Of a stretch of 64,000 nt of DNA, positions 26,474 through 36,834 are shown one piece after another. The notes beneath the pieces are model-generated. The model did not search any database. It was not told the origin of the DNA and was given only the letters and a program-made list of their open reading frames with translations. The DNA is from Vitrella brassicaformis CCMP3155 (Eukaryota > Protista > Chromerida). Position 1 is the first letter of the stretch. Every line of letters begins with the position of its first letter. The DNA is taken from NCBI GenBank assembly GCA_001179505.1, contig CDMY01000117.1, positions 124,001-188,000 of the forward strand, read 5' to 3'. Made by a program: the position numbers and the translations under genes.

Positions 26474-27705
26474 GCAGGCAGGCAGCACATGACGTGTGTG
26501 TCTATGCGCCCGTGTGTGTATGCGTGTTGTAATGCACCCACGAGTATGGTTCTCGATTTGAGCTGCTCGTTGTGTAGGTGGTGTCGCAGCTGCCATGTGG
26601 CTGGCGGGCTTCTGTCGTCTGCCGTGGCCATTGTGGCCAGCCTCTGCAGGCGTCGCTTCAGACGGCCCTCGTGCCACTTGCTGAAGTTCTTGAGCTGAGA
26701 CCTGCCGACATCCATCCATCCATCCATCAATCTGCACAGGTGTGTGTCTTCCCCTCCCTCCCTCCGTCCCTTGTCTGCTTACTGCAGTGTCTGGATGAAT
26801 GCATCGCGGTGCGGGTGATTGACCAGCAAATGCATGCCTTTGTAGAACCAACTGAACTCAGGCAGGCAGGCGGGCAGGCAGGACACAATCGCCATGCAAC
26901 AAGGCGGAAGGAATACAGGCAGGCGTCCGTGAGTGAGCTCCGCTCTACTTCCTCACGCTTCGATGTGTGTGTAGAGGTCTTCCTCCTCAGTGAGAGGGCT
27001 GTCGCCACGAAGACGACCGATCCGCCTCGTCAGCTCATCCAATGGCAGCAACTCAACCGCCTAACACACACACACACACACACGCACACGGGGTACTATC
27101 AGTGTCGTATAGGTGCCTCGCGTCACATCGTTCATTCATTCACCAGGCAGGTCTTCCACAGGTTGAGCCACTGTTTGCGTCGTCGCTTGGGCAGCAGGGG
27201 GACTCCGACCCCGTGTCTGCCCAGCACCCGGTAGGCAAACCCCGCACGGCTGGTCGCCTTGGCAACCAACACCTCACCCACCGGCACTCCAACCTGACAC
27301 AAACAGACAGACAAAACAGGCGGCTTGGCTCAGTCACTCGACGGCCACTCATTCTGTTTTGCTTACGATTGGGCTCTGCGGCGTTGATCTGAAAATGTGG
27401 TACTCGCCAAGCAGCCCCCGATGCATCTCTGCTGCCGAATCGTTGCTCTCAAGCCGCTCCAACACCTGATGCACCTCTGCCTCATCAGCAGCATGTCGGG
27501 ATGAGTCGGATCTGTCAATCACGACGCCGTCAGCCGTCTGGTGCGCCGGCAGAGGCAGCAGCGCCCTCGCGTGTGGTGGTTGTGACGCTGCCGGCCGCCT
27601 CCAGGGCTTCGGCATGAGTGTGAGGCCAGATCTGTGGATAAATGCCGTGTGTGGAGCAGTCTGGGACGGATCTACAGCACACAGAAGCACCAACGAGGGA
27701 AGCAT
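23536..27705 (-). CDS. Alpha-solenoid (PPR-like) protein with a C-terminal Smr-like domain and a possible bipartite organelle-targeting presequence
   Basis: PPR-like helices (ALRVMRECYRVGAMEQVIMVWRLAQWQGV, HVGEVIRAYDAVGLATAAEEL, GYAILTASL). The C-terminus IDLREVAVPFARE..VHFVCGL..LGREVRDAL..DGVLSVRL follows Smr topology. ATG 27705 has an in-frame upstream stop. Confidence 0.6.
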
Positions 27706-28381
27706 GACTCATGCAGCTTAGCTCGCAGCGGGGGGGGGGNNNNNNNNNNNNNNNNNNNNNNNNNNNNNNNNNNNNNNNNNNNNNNNNNNNNNNNNNNNNN
27801 NNNNNNNNNNNNNNNNNNNNNNNNNNNNNNNNNNNNNNNNNNNNNNNNNNNNNNNNNNNNNNNNNNNNNNNNNNNNNNNNNNNNNNNNNNNNNNNNNNNN
27901 NNNNNNNNNNNNNNNNNNNNNNNNNNNNNNNNNNNNNNNNNNNNNNNNNNNNNNNNNNNNNNNNNNNNNNNNNNNNNNNNNNNNNNNNNNNNNNNNNNNN
28001 NNNNNNNNNNNNNNNNNNNNNNNNNNNNNNNNNNNNNNNGCCCTGGGGATGCCCCGCCTCCCAAATCTTTGCGAGTCCGATTCATGTACACTGGCCACGC
28101 ACGATCACACTCCGATCGACCGATCGCACGCCTCTGTGTCCTCAGCTTTTACACGATTCGATTTCACGGCAGCTACCCTACGCATTCTAGTGCCACTCCT
28201 CGGCTGGTCCTCGCGGCGCGTCCAGTGAGATCCGTTTCAGTCCAGTGAGATCCTTAGGGTAGCTAGTCTAGACTCCCCTGCAGAAACTTGCGCAATGGGT
28301 CCGATGGAGGGCTCGAACCCATGACGACCGGCTCACATGACTCCGTGGCTGCGGGAGAGAAGGATTTTCGAGAGAGGGAAG

Positions 28382-28593
28382 ATGGGCGGTTCGCAGAGCG
28401 GCTTCTGGGGCGTCAACACCTACAAGAGCCATTACAGCAGGAATGCCGCATTCTCCATTGCGTCGATAAACGCTGCGATGTGCCTTCTCGTCATCAACGG
28501 AGCTCTGGCGCTTCTCGCAATCAACTGTGAGTGCCCACCGCACTGCCAGCAAGAGGGAGAGCCCAATGGAGAGAGCCTAACTTTCATTCACAC

Positions 28594-28625
<32 letters not shown>

Positions 28626-28826
28626 CTGTCTGTGTGTCTGTCTGTGTGCCTGCCAGGCATTATCGGGGCGTTGAGCATCAACTCGCTCTTCTCGCTGCTG
28701 AGCGTGAACAGCGCCTTCTCAATCCTCTCGGTCAACTGTGCGCTGTGCATCGGATGCACCGGGGACCTCCTGGTAGGGGAGGCAGGCCATTTGTTCAGGC
28801 CATTTGAGGAGCATCTCTGCCACTGA
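28382..28826 (+). CDS. 104-aa two-exon protein made of hydrophobic nonapeptide repeats with Asn every ninth residue
   Basis: Exons 28382-28526 and 28657-28826 with a phase-1 GT-AG intron total 315 nt. The 9-residue register continues across the splice junction, which supports the model. Confidence 0.8.
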
Positions 28827-29601
28827 CTCATCGTCTGCTTGTGTGTGATGCAGTGTGTGAATCCGGATTGGTTCTGACAGGAGGGGCGCTGCGGGATGAT
28901 AGACAGCGCGCAATTAGGATACGCCGGATGGCTCCTTGTTCGTATCTGACGGGTGACTGACTGACTGGGTGGCCTGCAGCTAGCTAGTAGCTTCATGGGA
29001 TGGGCGTCTGTCTGTCTGTCTGTCTTTTTCGTCTGTCTGTCGATATGTCGTCTGTTCATATGGCGGGTGGGGTGGGGCTTATGGNNNNNNNNNNNNNNNN
29101 NNNNNNNNNNNNNNNNNNNNNNNNNNNNNNNNNNNNNNNNNNNNNNNNNNNNNNNNNNNNNNNNNNNNNNNNNNNNNNNNNNNNNNNNNNNNNNNNNNNN
29201 NNNNNNNNNNNNNNNNNNNNNNNNNNNNNNNNNNNNNNNNNNNNNNNNNNNNNNNNNNNNNNNNNNNNNNNNNNNNNNNNNNNNNNNNNNNNNNNNNNNN
29301 NNNNNNNNNNNNNNNNNNNNNNNNNNNNNNNNNNNNNNNNNNNNNNNNNNNNNNNNNNNNNNNNNNNNNNNNNNNNNNNNNNNNATATGTCGTCTGTTCA
29401 TATGGCGGGTGGGGTGGGGCTTATGGGAGGGAGGGTGGGTGGGTGGATAGGTGGATCGATCTGTCTGTCTGTATGACTTTTGGAGTGAGTGAGTCCGTCA
29501 ATGTCACCTGAGAGTCAATGTCAGTCAGTCACAACATACACACACAACAAAGGCAGGCTCCTTAGTGAGTTCTCGTCTGTCTGTCGGCATCCAATAAATA
29601 A

Positions 29602-30972
29602 TCACGTAGTAATCTCCAGTGGCTGTATGATCCTGCGGAGAGTCCGCCTCTTCTGCTCCCTCTCTGGCTGCATGTCGAAGGGCCACAGGTCGTTGTAGCA
29701 CCGCTCAAACACTCGCCTCGTGCACTCCCGCGCTACAGACTCATCTACACACACACACACGCACACACACACACACACACAGAGGGGCGGGTGATGGGAT
29801 GCAATTCAGAGCTGGTTGTGTTGTGGGTGTGCCCACGGGCCCACCCGAGCATCGCTTGCTGTCTTGGAGCGACGTCAACACGCGATGAGCAAGGCACCGC
29901 TGACCACAATCACACACAGACGAGCACATGACATGTCCGGCCATTAGTGCATATCGGCCACCCAGGTGCAGCTGAGCTCAGCTGCCCACCCCACTGCATG
30001 TCTGTCTCACCCCTTTCTTTGAGTTGGCGACAGGGTGGTCGATGTCGAGGGATCTGAAGCTCTCCTTTGGGATGAGGAGCGTCGCCATCCGACTGCACTG
30101 ATGACTCAAATTGTACGCACGCACCTGCAGAAGAAACATGAATCAGTCAGTGAACAAACGACACACGCAGGCAGCCAGGCACCCTGATGTGATGCATGCA
30201 AGCATCGGGAGGGAATGGCTGGATGGCAATGGCCAGCCATTGTCTGTCTGTCTGTCATATGGCTGCCAGCCCTCCGTCCTCCGTTGAGTGTTTGTCTTGT
30301 CACCTCAGTGCATGCGATGTGGTCACAGTTGTCGGGGTCGATCTTGGCGCGGGCAAAGTCAAACGCATGAACCAACTGCACACACAGACAGACAGACAGA
30401 CAGACAGGGGCAGACAGGCTCCCATGCGCCACACCCCACCCACCCGCTCACTCACTCACTTCATGGCTGAGCAGCCTCCTGAACTCCACAAAGTTCCATA
30501 TCTTATTGGCGCACATCCATATCTGTCAGTCAATCCCATCCCCACACACAACACAACACAACACAACATAACACATGAACCAACCCACTCATCTCATCTC
30601 ATTAGCTATATGCATGCACCATCCATCCATCCATCCCCACCAGACCACCTTATGGTGTTTGGGTGAGTATCCCGCCTTGTGTGGCGCATCCCTATCGCAG
30701 TGCACACACATGAGCTCGGGCGGCGCCTGCATGGCCGTCAGCGCGTGGGAGAGCACCACGTTGCGCCAGTGCCGGAGGGCGTTGCGCGAGTACCACTGGC
30801 ACCGCTTGAAGGCAAAGTAGCCCAGCCGCTTGTCGCACTGGGGCTCAATAAGGATGTCCTGCGACAGCTGGATGCGGGCAGGGGAGGAACAGGGAGGGGG
30901 AGAGGGAGAGAGGGAGGGGGTGTCGGCCACAGGTTGGCCGAGGTGCTGGTACTCATGAATCCACGTCCACAT
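29602..30972 (-). CDS. ATP23: Mitochondrial inner-membrane metalloprotease ATP23 (peptidase M76)
   Basis: IWMCANKI..LLSHE|LVHAFDFARAKID..DHIACTE|VRAYNLS..C contains HExxH. C-terminal VFERCYNDLWPF matches the ATP23 pattern. The start codon is tentative. Confidence 0.9.
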
Positions 30973-31785
30973 AATAATAATGGCATTAAGTGGTCAGGCA
31001 GCGGACAGGACGCAATCAATAGTTAACACTCCTGCCTGCCGGGCGATGGATGATGATTCGTTGACTGACTGACCCTCAACACATCGATTCGATGTAGGGC
31101 AAGGCAGACAGACACAACGCAGGTAGACAGGCGAAGCTGCAAACAAACAGAGAAGCAAACACAAACGCATCGCACTGCACAAGTTCGAAGGATCATCGAA
31201 TCGACCAAGCCCCGCGATGGATGGAGGCGCAGCTCTATTCTCTTCCTTACCTGCACCGCGTGGCGTCTTGTCACAAGCCTTGAATGCACTCAGTGCAGAT
31301 CTTGCATCGTTTCTTGCCGGAACGTGATCCCCAACAGCTCATGTGTCTCGTGGGAGTGCGGCAGCGGTTTCAGGCAGCAGCGGAAGGACGCGAGCTTTGC
31401 GAGCTTACACAGGCAGGTTTCCTCGTTCCGCTTCCTGCGTTTCTGGTGCGCATTCAGTGGTGTTGGGCGATAGTTCCTCGGTAGAACCACACATCGCACG
31501 AGTGCGCCACTCGATCTTCTTTCCCCTGTTGAGGACCGAGATCTGACCGTCACCCACCGCCACACGGCCTTCTGCGGCCTCCCTGCTGCCCAACACACGC
31601 ACTGCGGAGGAGTCGGAGCCGCGTGTGGCCCGCTTCATCAGCCAGTCTCCCTTATCGGTCTTTTGGGAGCGTCAAGGCGTTTGCGGCGTCAGGGTGGTGC
31701 TGTCTGAGGCGATGGGACGATCAGCGGTGCCCATTCTGCCGGCCACGGGTGCCACGATTTCCTGAAAACCCTTCTCCCTGGCCAC

Positions 31786-33445
31786 ATGAGCGAGCAAATG
31801 GCGACAAACGGCTTGGTAGAGCCCACAGAGGGGCCGGCGCAGCAGGTCGAGGAGTCGCCGGAAGCGCCCAAGGCCAGCCAATCGCAGCAGTCGCAGCAGC
31901 CAGACATCGGCCAGCCCGTCCCCCTCTCCATCGCAGCTGCCTCGGCACAGGTCGATGGGGTGGCCAGACTGACCCTCAATGGTGGTAGCAGTGGTGGTGC
32001 TGGTGACAGCGGTGGGCCTGCTCCCGCGGCGGCAGCAGCGGCTTCCTCGGCGGCGGCGGCTGCGGCAGCTCCAGCGGACATGGACAGCCATCTGACCGAT
32101 GGCCTCATGACGGAGAGCCTGCAGGCCTTGTTGCCCGACATTCTGCACGAGATTGAGCAGTCCCCACCGCCTCCCCTGGCCCCTCGCATGGAACTCCCCG
32201 GCCTTGCTGCTCCCTCCGGCCGCACCGTCCGTCGTCAGGATGCCTCGACGGCGGTGCTGAATGAGGGCGGGCCACAGCTTGTCCTGGCCGTGTCCGTCGA
32301 CGACGTGGGCAACGGGGGCGATGTCGACGTGCATGGGTCGGACGGCCACGTGGCGCCCCACTCATCACCCACTGGGGCGGATGTGGGCGGCGGGGGGCTG
32401 GCGATGGATGTGGCAATGAGGACCCCCGAGAAAAGGCCTGGGGTCGGCTACGCGACGGTCACCCCCGTGCCACCGCCGCTGTTTGCGACGGGGGGGGCGG
32501 CTGGTGCGGGAGGGCTGACGATCGGCCCGCAGCTGCCGCCTGCTGCTGCTGTCGTGCCTGTGGCGGTGAGATGACAGNNNNNNNNNNNNNNNNNNNNNNN
32601 NNNNNNNNNNNNNNNNNNNNNNNNNNNNNNNNNNNNNNNNNNNNNNNNNNNNNNNNNNNNNNNNNNNNNNNNNNNNNNNNNNNNNNNNNNNNNNNNNNNN
32701 NNNNNNNNNNNNNNNNNNNNNNNNNNNNNNNNNNNNNNNNNNNNNNNNNNNNNNNNNNNNNNNNNNNNNNNNNNNNNNNNNNNNNNNNNNNNNNNNNNNN
32801 NNNNNNNNNNNNNNNNNNNNNNNNNNNNNNNNNNNNNNNNNNNNNNNNNNNNNNNNNNNNNNNNNNNNNNNNNNNNNGGGTGGGATGGGGCGGGTGGGGA
32901 GTCATGGTGTGTGTATTGATTGTGTATCTATCTATCTGTTTGTGTGTGTGTGTGTGTGTTTCTTTGTTTCTTTCAGAAGGTGGCTGACCTGCCGGCTGTG
33001 CGTCCCAATGAGGTGGAGCTCGTCACAACCGCCGACATCAACACACTCGAGCAGGTGCGGTGCGCGGTGGTCGCTGCCCATCCACACCCCCCACCCCACA
33101 CAGCCATTACCACACATCGCTCCGTCTGCATGTCATGTGTGTCTGTCTGCATCTGTGTGTTGTGTGTGTGCAGGGTGTGTACTCGCCCGAGACCTGTCTG
33201 TGGAACATGCGCTTCCAGATGTACGTCAAGCTCGAGAACACAGACGTCAGAGGTGAGCGAGGCGAGCTTAGCTTCCACCACACACCCACACCCACACCGC
33301 GGGACCCAGACCCTCACTGACGGATGTGTGTGTGTTGCTATGTGTTGTGTGTGTGTCAGTGTGGTTCTATCTGCAACCGAAGGAACCGTACGATGGCTGG
33401 TGAGTGAACGCTCAAACAAGGAGACGAGAGGGGAGGGGGGCCACA

Positions 33446-33484
<39 letters not shown>

Positions 33485-36400
33485 GTGTCAAGCAAGGATC
33501 CATTTATTTGTGCAGGCAATTCAACCACGTGTCGTTCTCCGTTGGGTTGCTCAACCTCAAGGACCCGCAGCGCACACGCACCAGGGTAGGCAAGCATCGG
33601 ACCCACACACAGACACACAGACACACATACACACAGACAGACACCAACAGACACGCAGCTGCCTATGTGTGTGGTTGTGGTGGGGTGGGGCTGGCTGGTC
33701 GGTTGGTCTCTTAGTCGTATGACAGCGGCTTCATTAACGCAGAGTTTCCGTGCTTCCCCAACCAGTGGCCACGTAAGCCACCCACCCCACCACACCCCAC
33801 CACACACACACGCGCCTCTCCCCTGTTTATCTGTCTGTCTGTCTGTGTGCGCTCATCGATCCGATCAGCGGTGCCCTTCAAGTTCGTCGAGATCAACCTC
33901 CTGTATGAGGATGGATACGCAGACTTCGACGGTCAGCCACACACACACGAACACACACACACACATACACAATGCCCCCCGGCGCCCACACAGACACCCC
34001 TCTCTGTCTCTCTCTCTCTCTCTGTGTGTGTACTGGTCATGTCATCCGGTCGTTCAGGCAACTGTGTGTTTCGCGGGAGCTTCACGCCCCGGACGTCCGA
34101 CGTGAGGTGGCCGATGACCGTGGCGCCGCAGCCCCACATGCCGCGGGGCCTGCAGAACCACGGCGCCACCTGCTACCTCAACGTACTCCTCCAGGCCCTC
34201 TTTCACGTACCATCATTCAGACACCTCGTCTACTCGACACTCACCAAGGAGCAGGAGGCTACCACAGCCACACCCGCACCCGCAGCCAACAACACCCAGC
34301 AGCAACCTCAGCAGCACCAGGAGGGCGAGGCTGAGGCAATGGAGGTCGACTTGGTGCCGGCCACAAAGGACAAGGCGCTGCCGGCCAATGGGGCTGCCAA
34401 TGGCGCCGCTCCTGCCGTCGCTGCCGTCAGCCACGTGGAGTGTCCCGTGAGCACCTACGTCACGCCCCCCAACAGTGACGGGACCGCATCGATGGACCAG
34501 CCCAACGCCCCCAACAACCCCAGTGAGGTGGGCGCCAGCAACAACGGCTGCGGCAAGCGGGGGCGCGATGACGAGCAACACCAACATCAGCAGATGATGG
34601 ACACGGACAGCGGCAATGGCAACAACGGCAACCGTGGCGCGCCTGCCCCTGGTGCTGTTGGTGATGGTGGTGGTGGGACTGATGGCCCGGCGCCGTCTGC
34701 CGACCTGCCCCACCCCCACCCTCACCCTCACTCCGCCCCGCCGGACGTGCAAATGAGCGGCGATGAGCCGTCATCGAGCGCATCCGGCAACAAGGGCGGC
34801 GGTGCGTCTGCTGACCGCGAGAATGAGGCGGAGCCCCTCCCCGCCCCCAAGCGTCCCAAGCTGAGCGCGTCGGAGGATGCCGACCAGCCCATGATGGGCA
34901 GCAGTGAGAGCGAGGCGGCAGCTGGGTCTGCGTCGGCGAGCGGCATGAATGGCGACGGCCTGTCCCCCTCCCCCATTCCCAGCCCCTCACCCCCACCCCC
35001 AGACAAGCCCGATGACGAGGTCATGCAGCAACAGGAACAACAGCAGCAGCAGGAGCCCACAGAGTCCGCTCCCCCAGCAGCAGCACCAGCACCAGCAACA
35101 GCGGCGGCCGCTGCCGCCCCGCCCCCGCCCCCGCCCCCGCCCCCACCTCCCCGCCACGCCGTATTCGGTCCCCAACTGCCGCCCTGGTGGAAACGGGACA
35201 AGGACAAGGACAAGGACAAGGACAAGGAGAAGAAGGACCACGACGAAGGGGCAAAGAGCCCCCGGGCGGCCCCGCTCCTGTCGCTCAACACGACAGCGGC
35301 CACCACTGAGACGGACGGCGTGGGTGTGGGGGCCGCTGCAGAGGGTGGTGGGGGTGACGGTGGTGGCTTGGGTGTCGGCTACAGGCGGCTGACCATCCCG
35401 CGGGCCCTGCAGGAGGTCTTTTGGCGGCTGCAGCGGTCGAGCAGCCCCGCCAGCACCTGGCGGTTGATGGGTGCCTTTGGGTGGACTGCGCGGCAGGCCA
35501 GTGTGCAGAACGACACGCAGGAGCTGAACCGGCTGCTGTTTGACGCCCTCGACGACAAGCCCAAGATCCTGAGCAGCATCAGGTTGAAGCGTGCCAAGAT
35601 CGAGGGCGCGGGGGAGGGGCAGCGGGTGGTGCAGACTGACGGCGAGGAGCCGCTCAGCATCAACGCACTATTCCAGGGTCAGTCAGTCAGTCAGTCAGCC
35701 AGACACACACACACACACACACACACACATGCACACGCACCTGTGAGGGGCGGCTGGGCTGCGTTGCATTGGGGGTGTGTGTGTGTGTGGTGTGTAGGCG
35801 AGACAGAGAACGTCATAGAGTGCGTGGATGTCTGCTTCACGTCGCGCCGCACGGAGACCTTCCTCGACATTCAGCTCAACGTCGAGGGCAGCAAAGACGT
35901 TTACGAGTCAATCAAGAAATACACCGAGGTCGGGGGGCTGGGGGCACACAGACACACACATGGCACACACACGGGGAGGCATGGATGTGTGTCTGTGCAG
36001 GAGGAGATATTAGACGGTGCTGAGAAGTACGACGCCGGCCCGCAGCACGGCAAACAAAAAGCCAAGAAATACATTCGGTGAGCGGCACGAGCCTGGCTGG
36101 CTGGCTGCGTGCCAAATGTCACTCTTTGGGGGGCAGATCCATTCCTTCCGTGTGTATGTATCTTCTGCAGCATCACGAAGCTGCCCCCGGTCCTTCAGCT
36201 GCACCTGAAGCGATTCAGATACGCCGTCACTGCGGTGCGCATCCAAACACTCACACACCCAGGAACAGACAGACAGACAGACAGACAACCGTCACTCCTT
36301 CCCCCCCTCTCTCTCCTTTGCCCATTCCACTCACTGATCAGAACGGAGCGCACGACATGGTCAAGGTCAACGACCGGTTCGAGTACCCCGCCACCCTCGA

Positions 36401-36794
36401 CCTCTCATCGCTCATCCCATCCGCCGACCCCTCCCTCTCCACATACCACCTGCACGCCGTACTCGTCCACCAGGGCGAGATCTTCGGCGGACACTACTAC
36501 GCATTCATCCGGCCCTCGGGCGACGGCGGCGGCGGCGGATCTGGCGGATTTGGGGGAGCTGCCGGGTCGGCGGGAACGGCTGGAGCGGCTGGGGGCGGGG
36601 GCTGGCTCAAGTTCAACGACCAGATCGTGCATAGGACGTGCCAGGTGGCCGCGACGGAGGAGCAGTACGGCGGGGACGGGCTGCTCAAGTGCGACTACAG
36701 GGACCTCACCGCTGCACCACCCACATACAAACTGTAAGCGAGCTGAGCTGAGCACCGGCTGGTGCTGTGGTGGCGGCTGTGCGATAGTGTCACG

Positions 36795-36834
<40 letters not shown>

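Noticed and set aside
28296-28340. tRNA-like 3' half on the minus strand (gtcatgggttcgagccctccatcggaccca)
   Set aside because: It has a B-box/T-loop-like GGTTCGAGCCC, but the T-stem pairs poorly and there is no complementary 5' acceptor strand or D-arm. At most a tRNA- or SINE-derived relic; tRNAscan-SE would settle it.
29042-29427. 42-nt direct repeat flanking an N gap
   Set aside because: Most simply a contig overlap that was not merged, not a biological repeat or TSD.
31290-31640. Minus-strand ORFs upstream of ATP23 as extra N-terminal exons
   Set aside because: I found no frame-consistent splice path to the ATP23 exon, and ATG 30972 already gives a normal-length protein.
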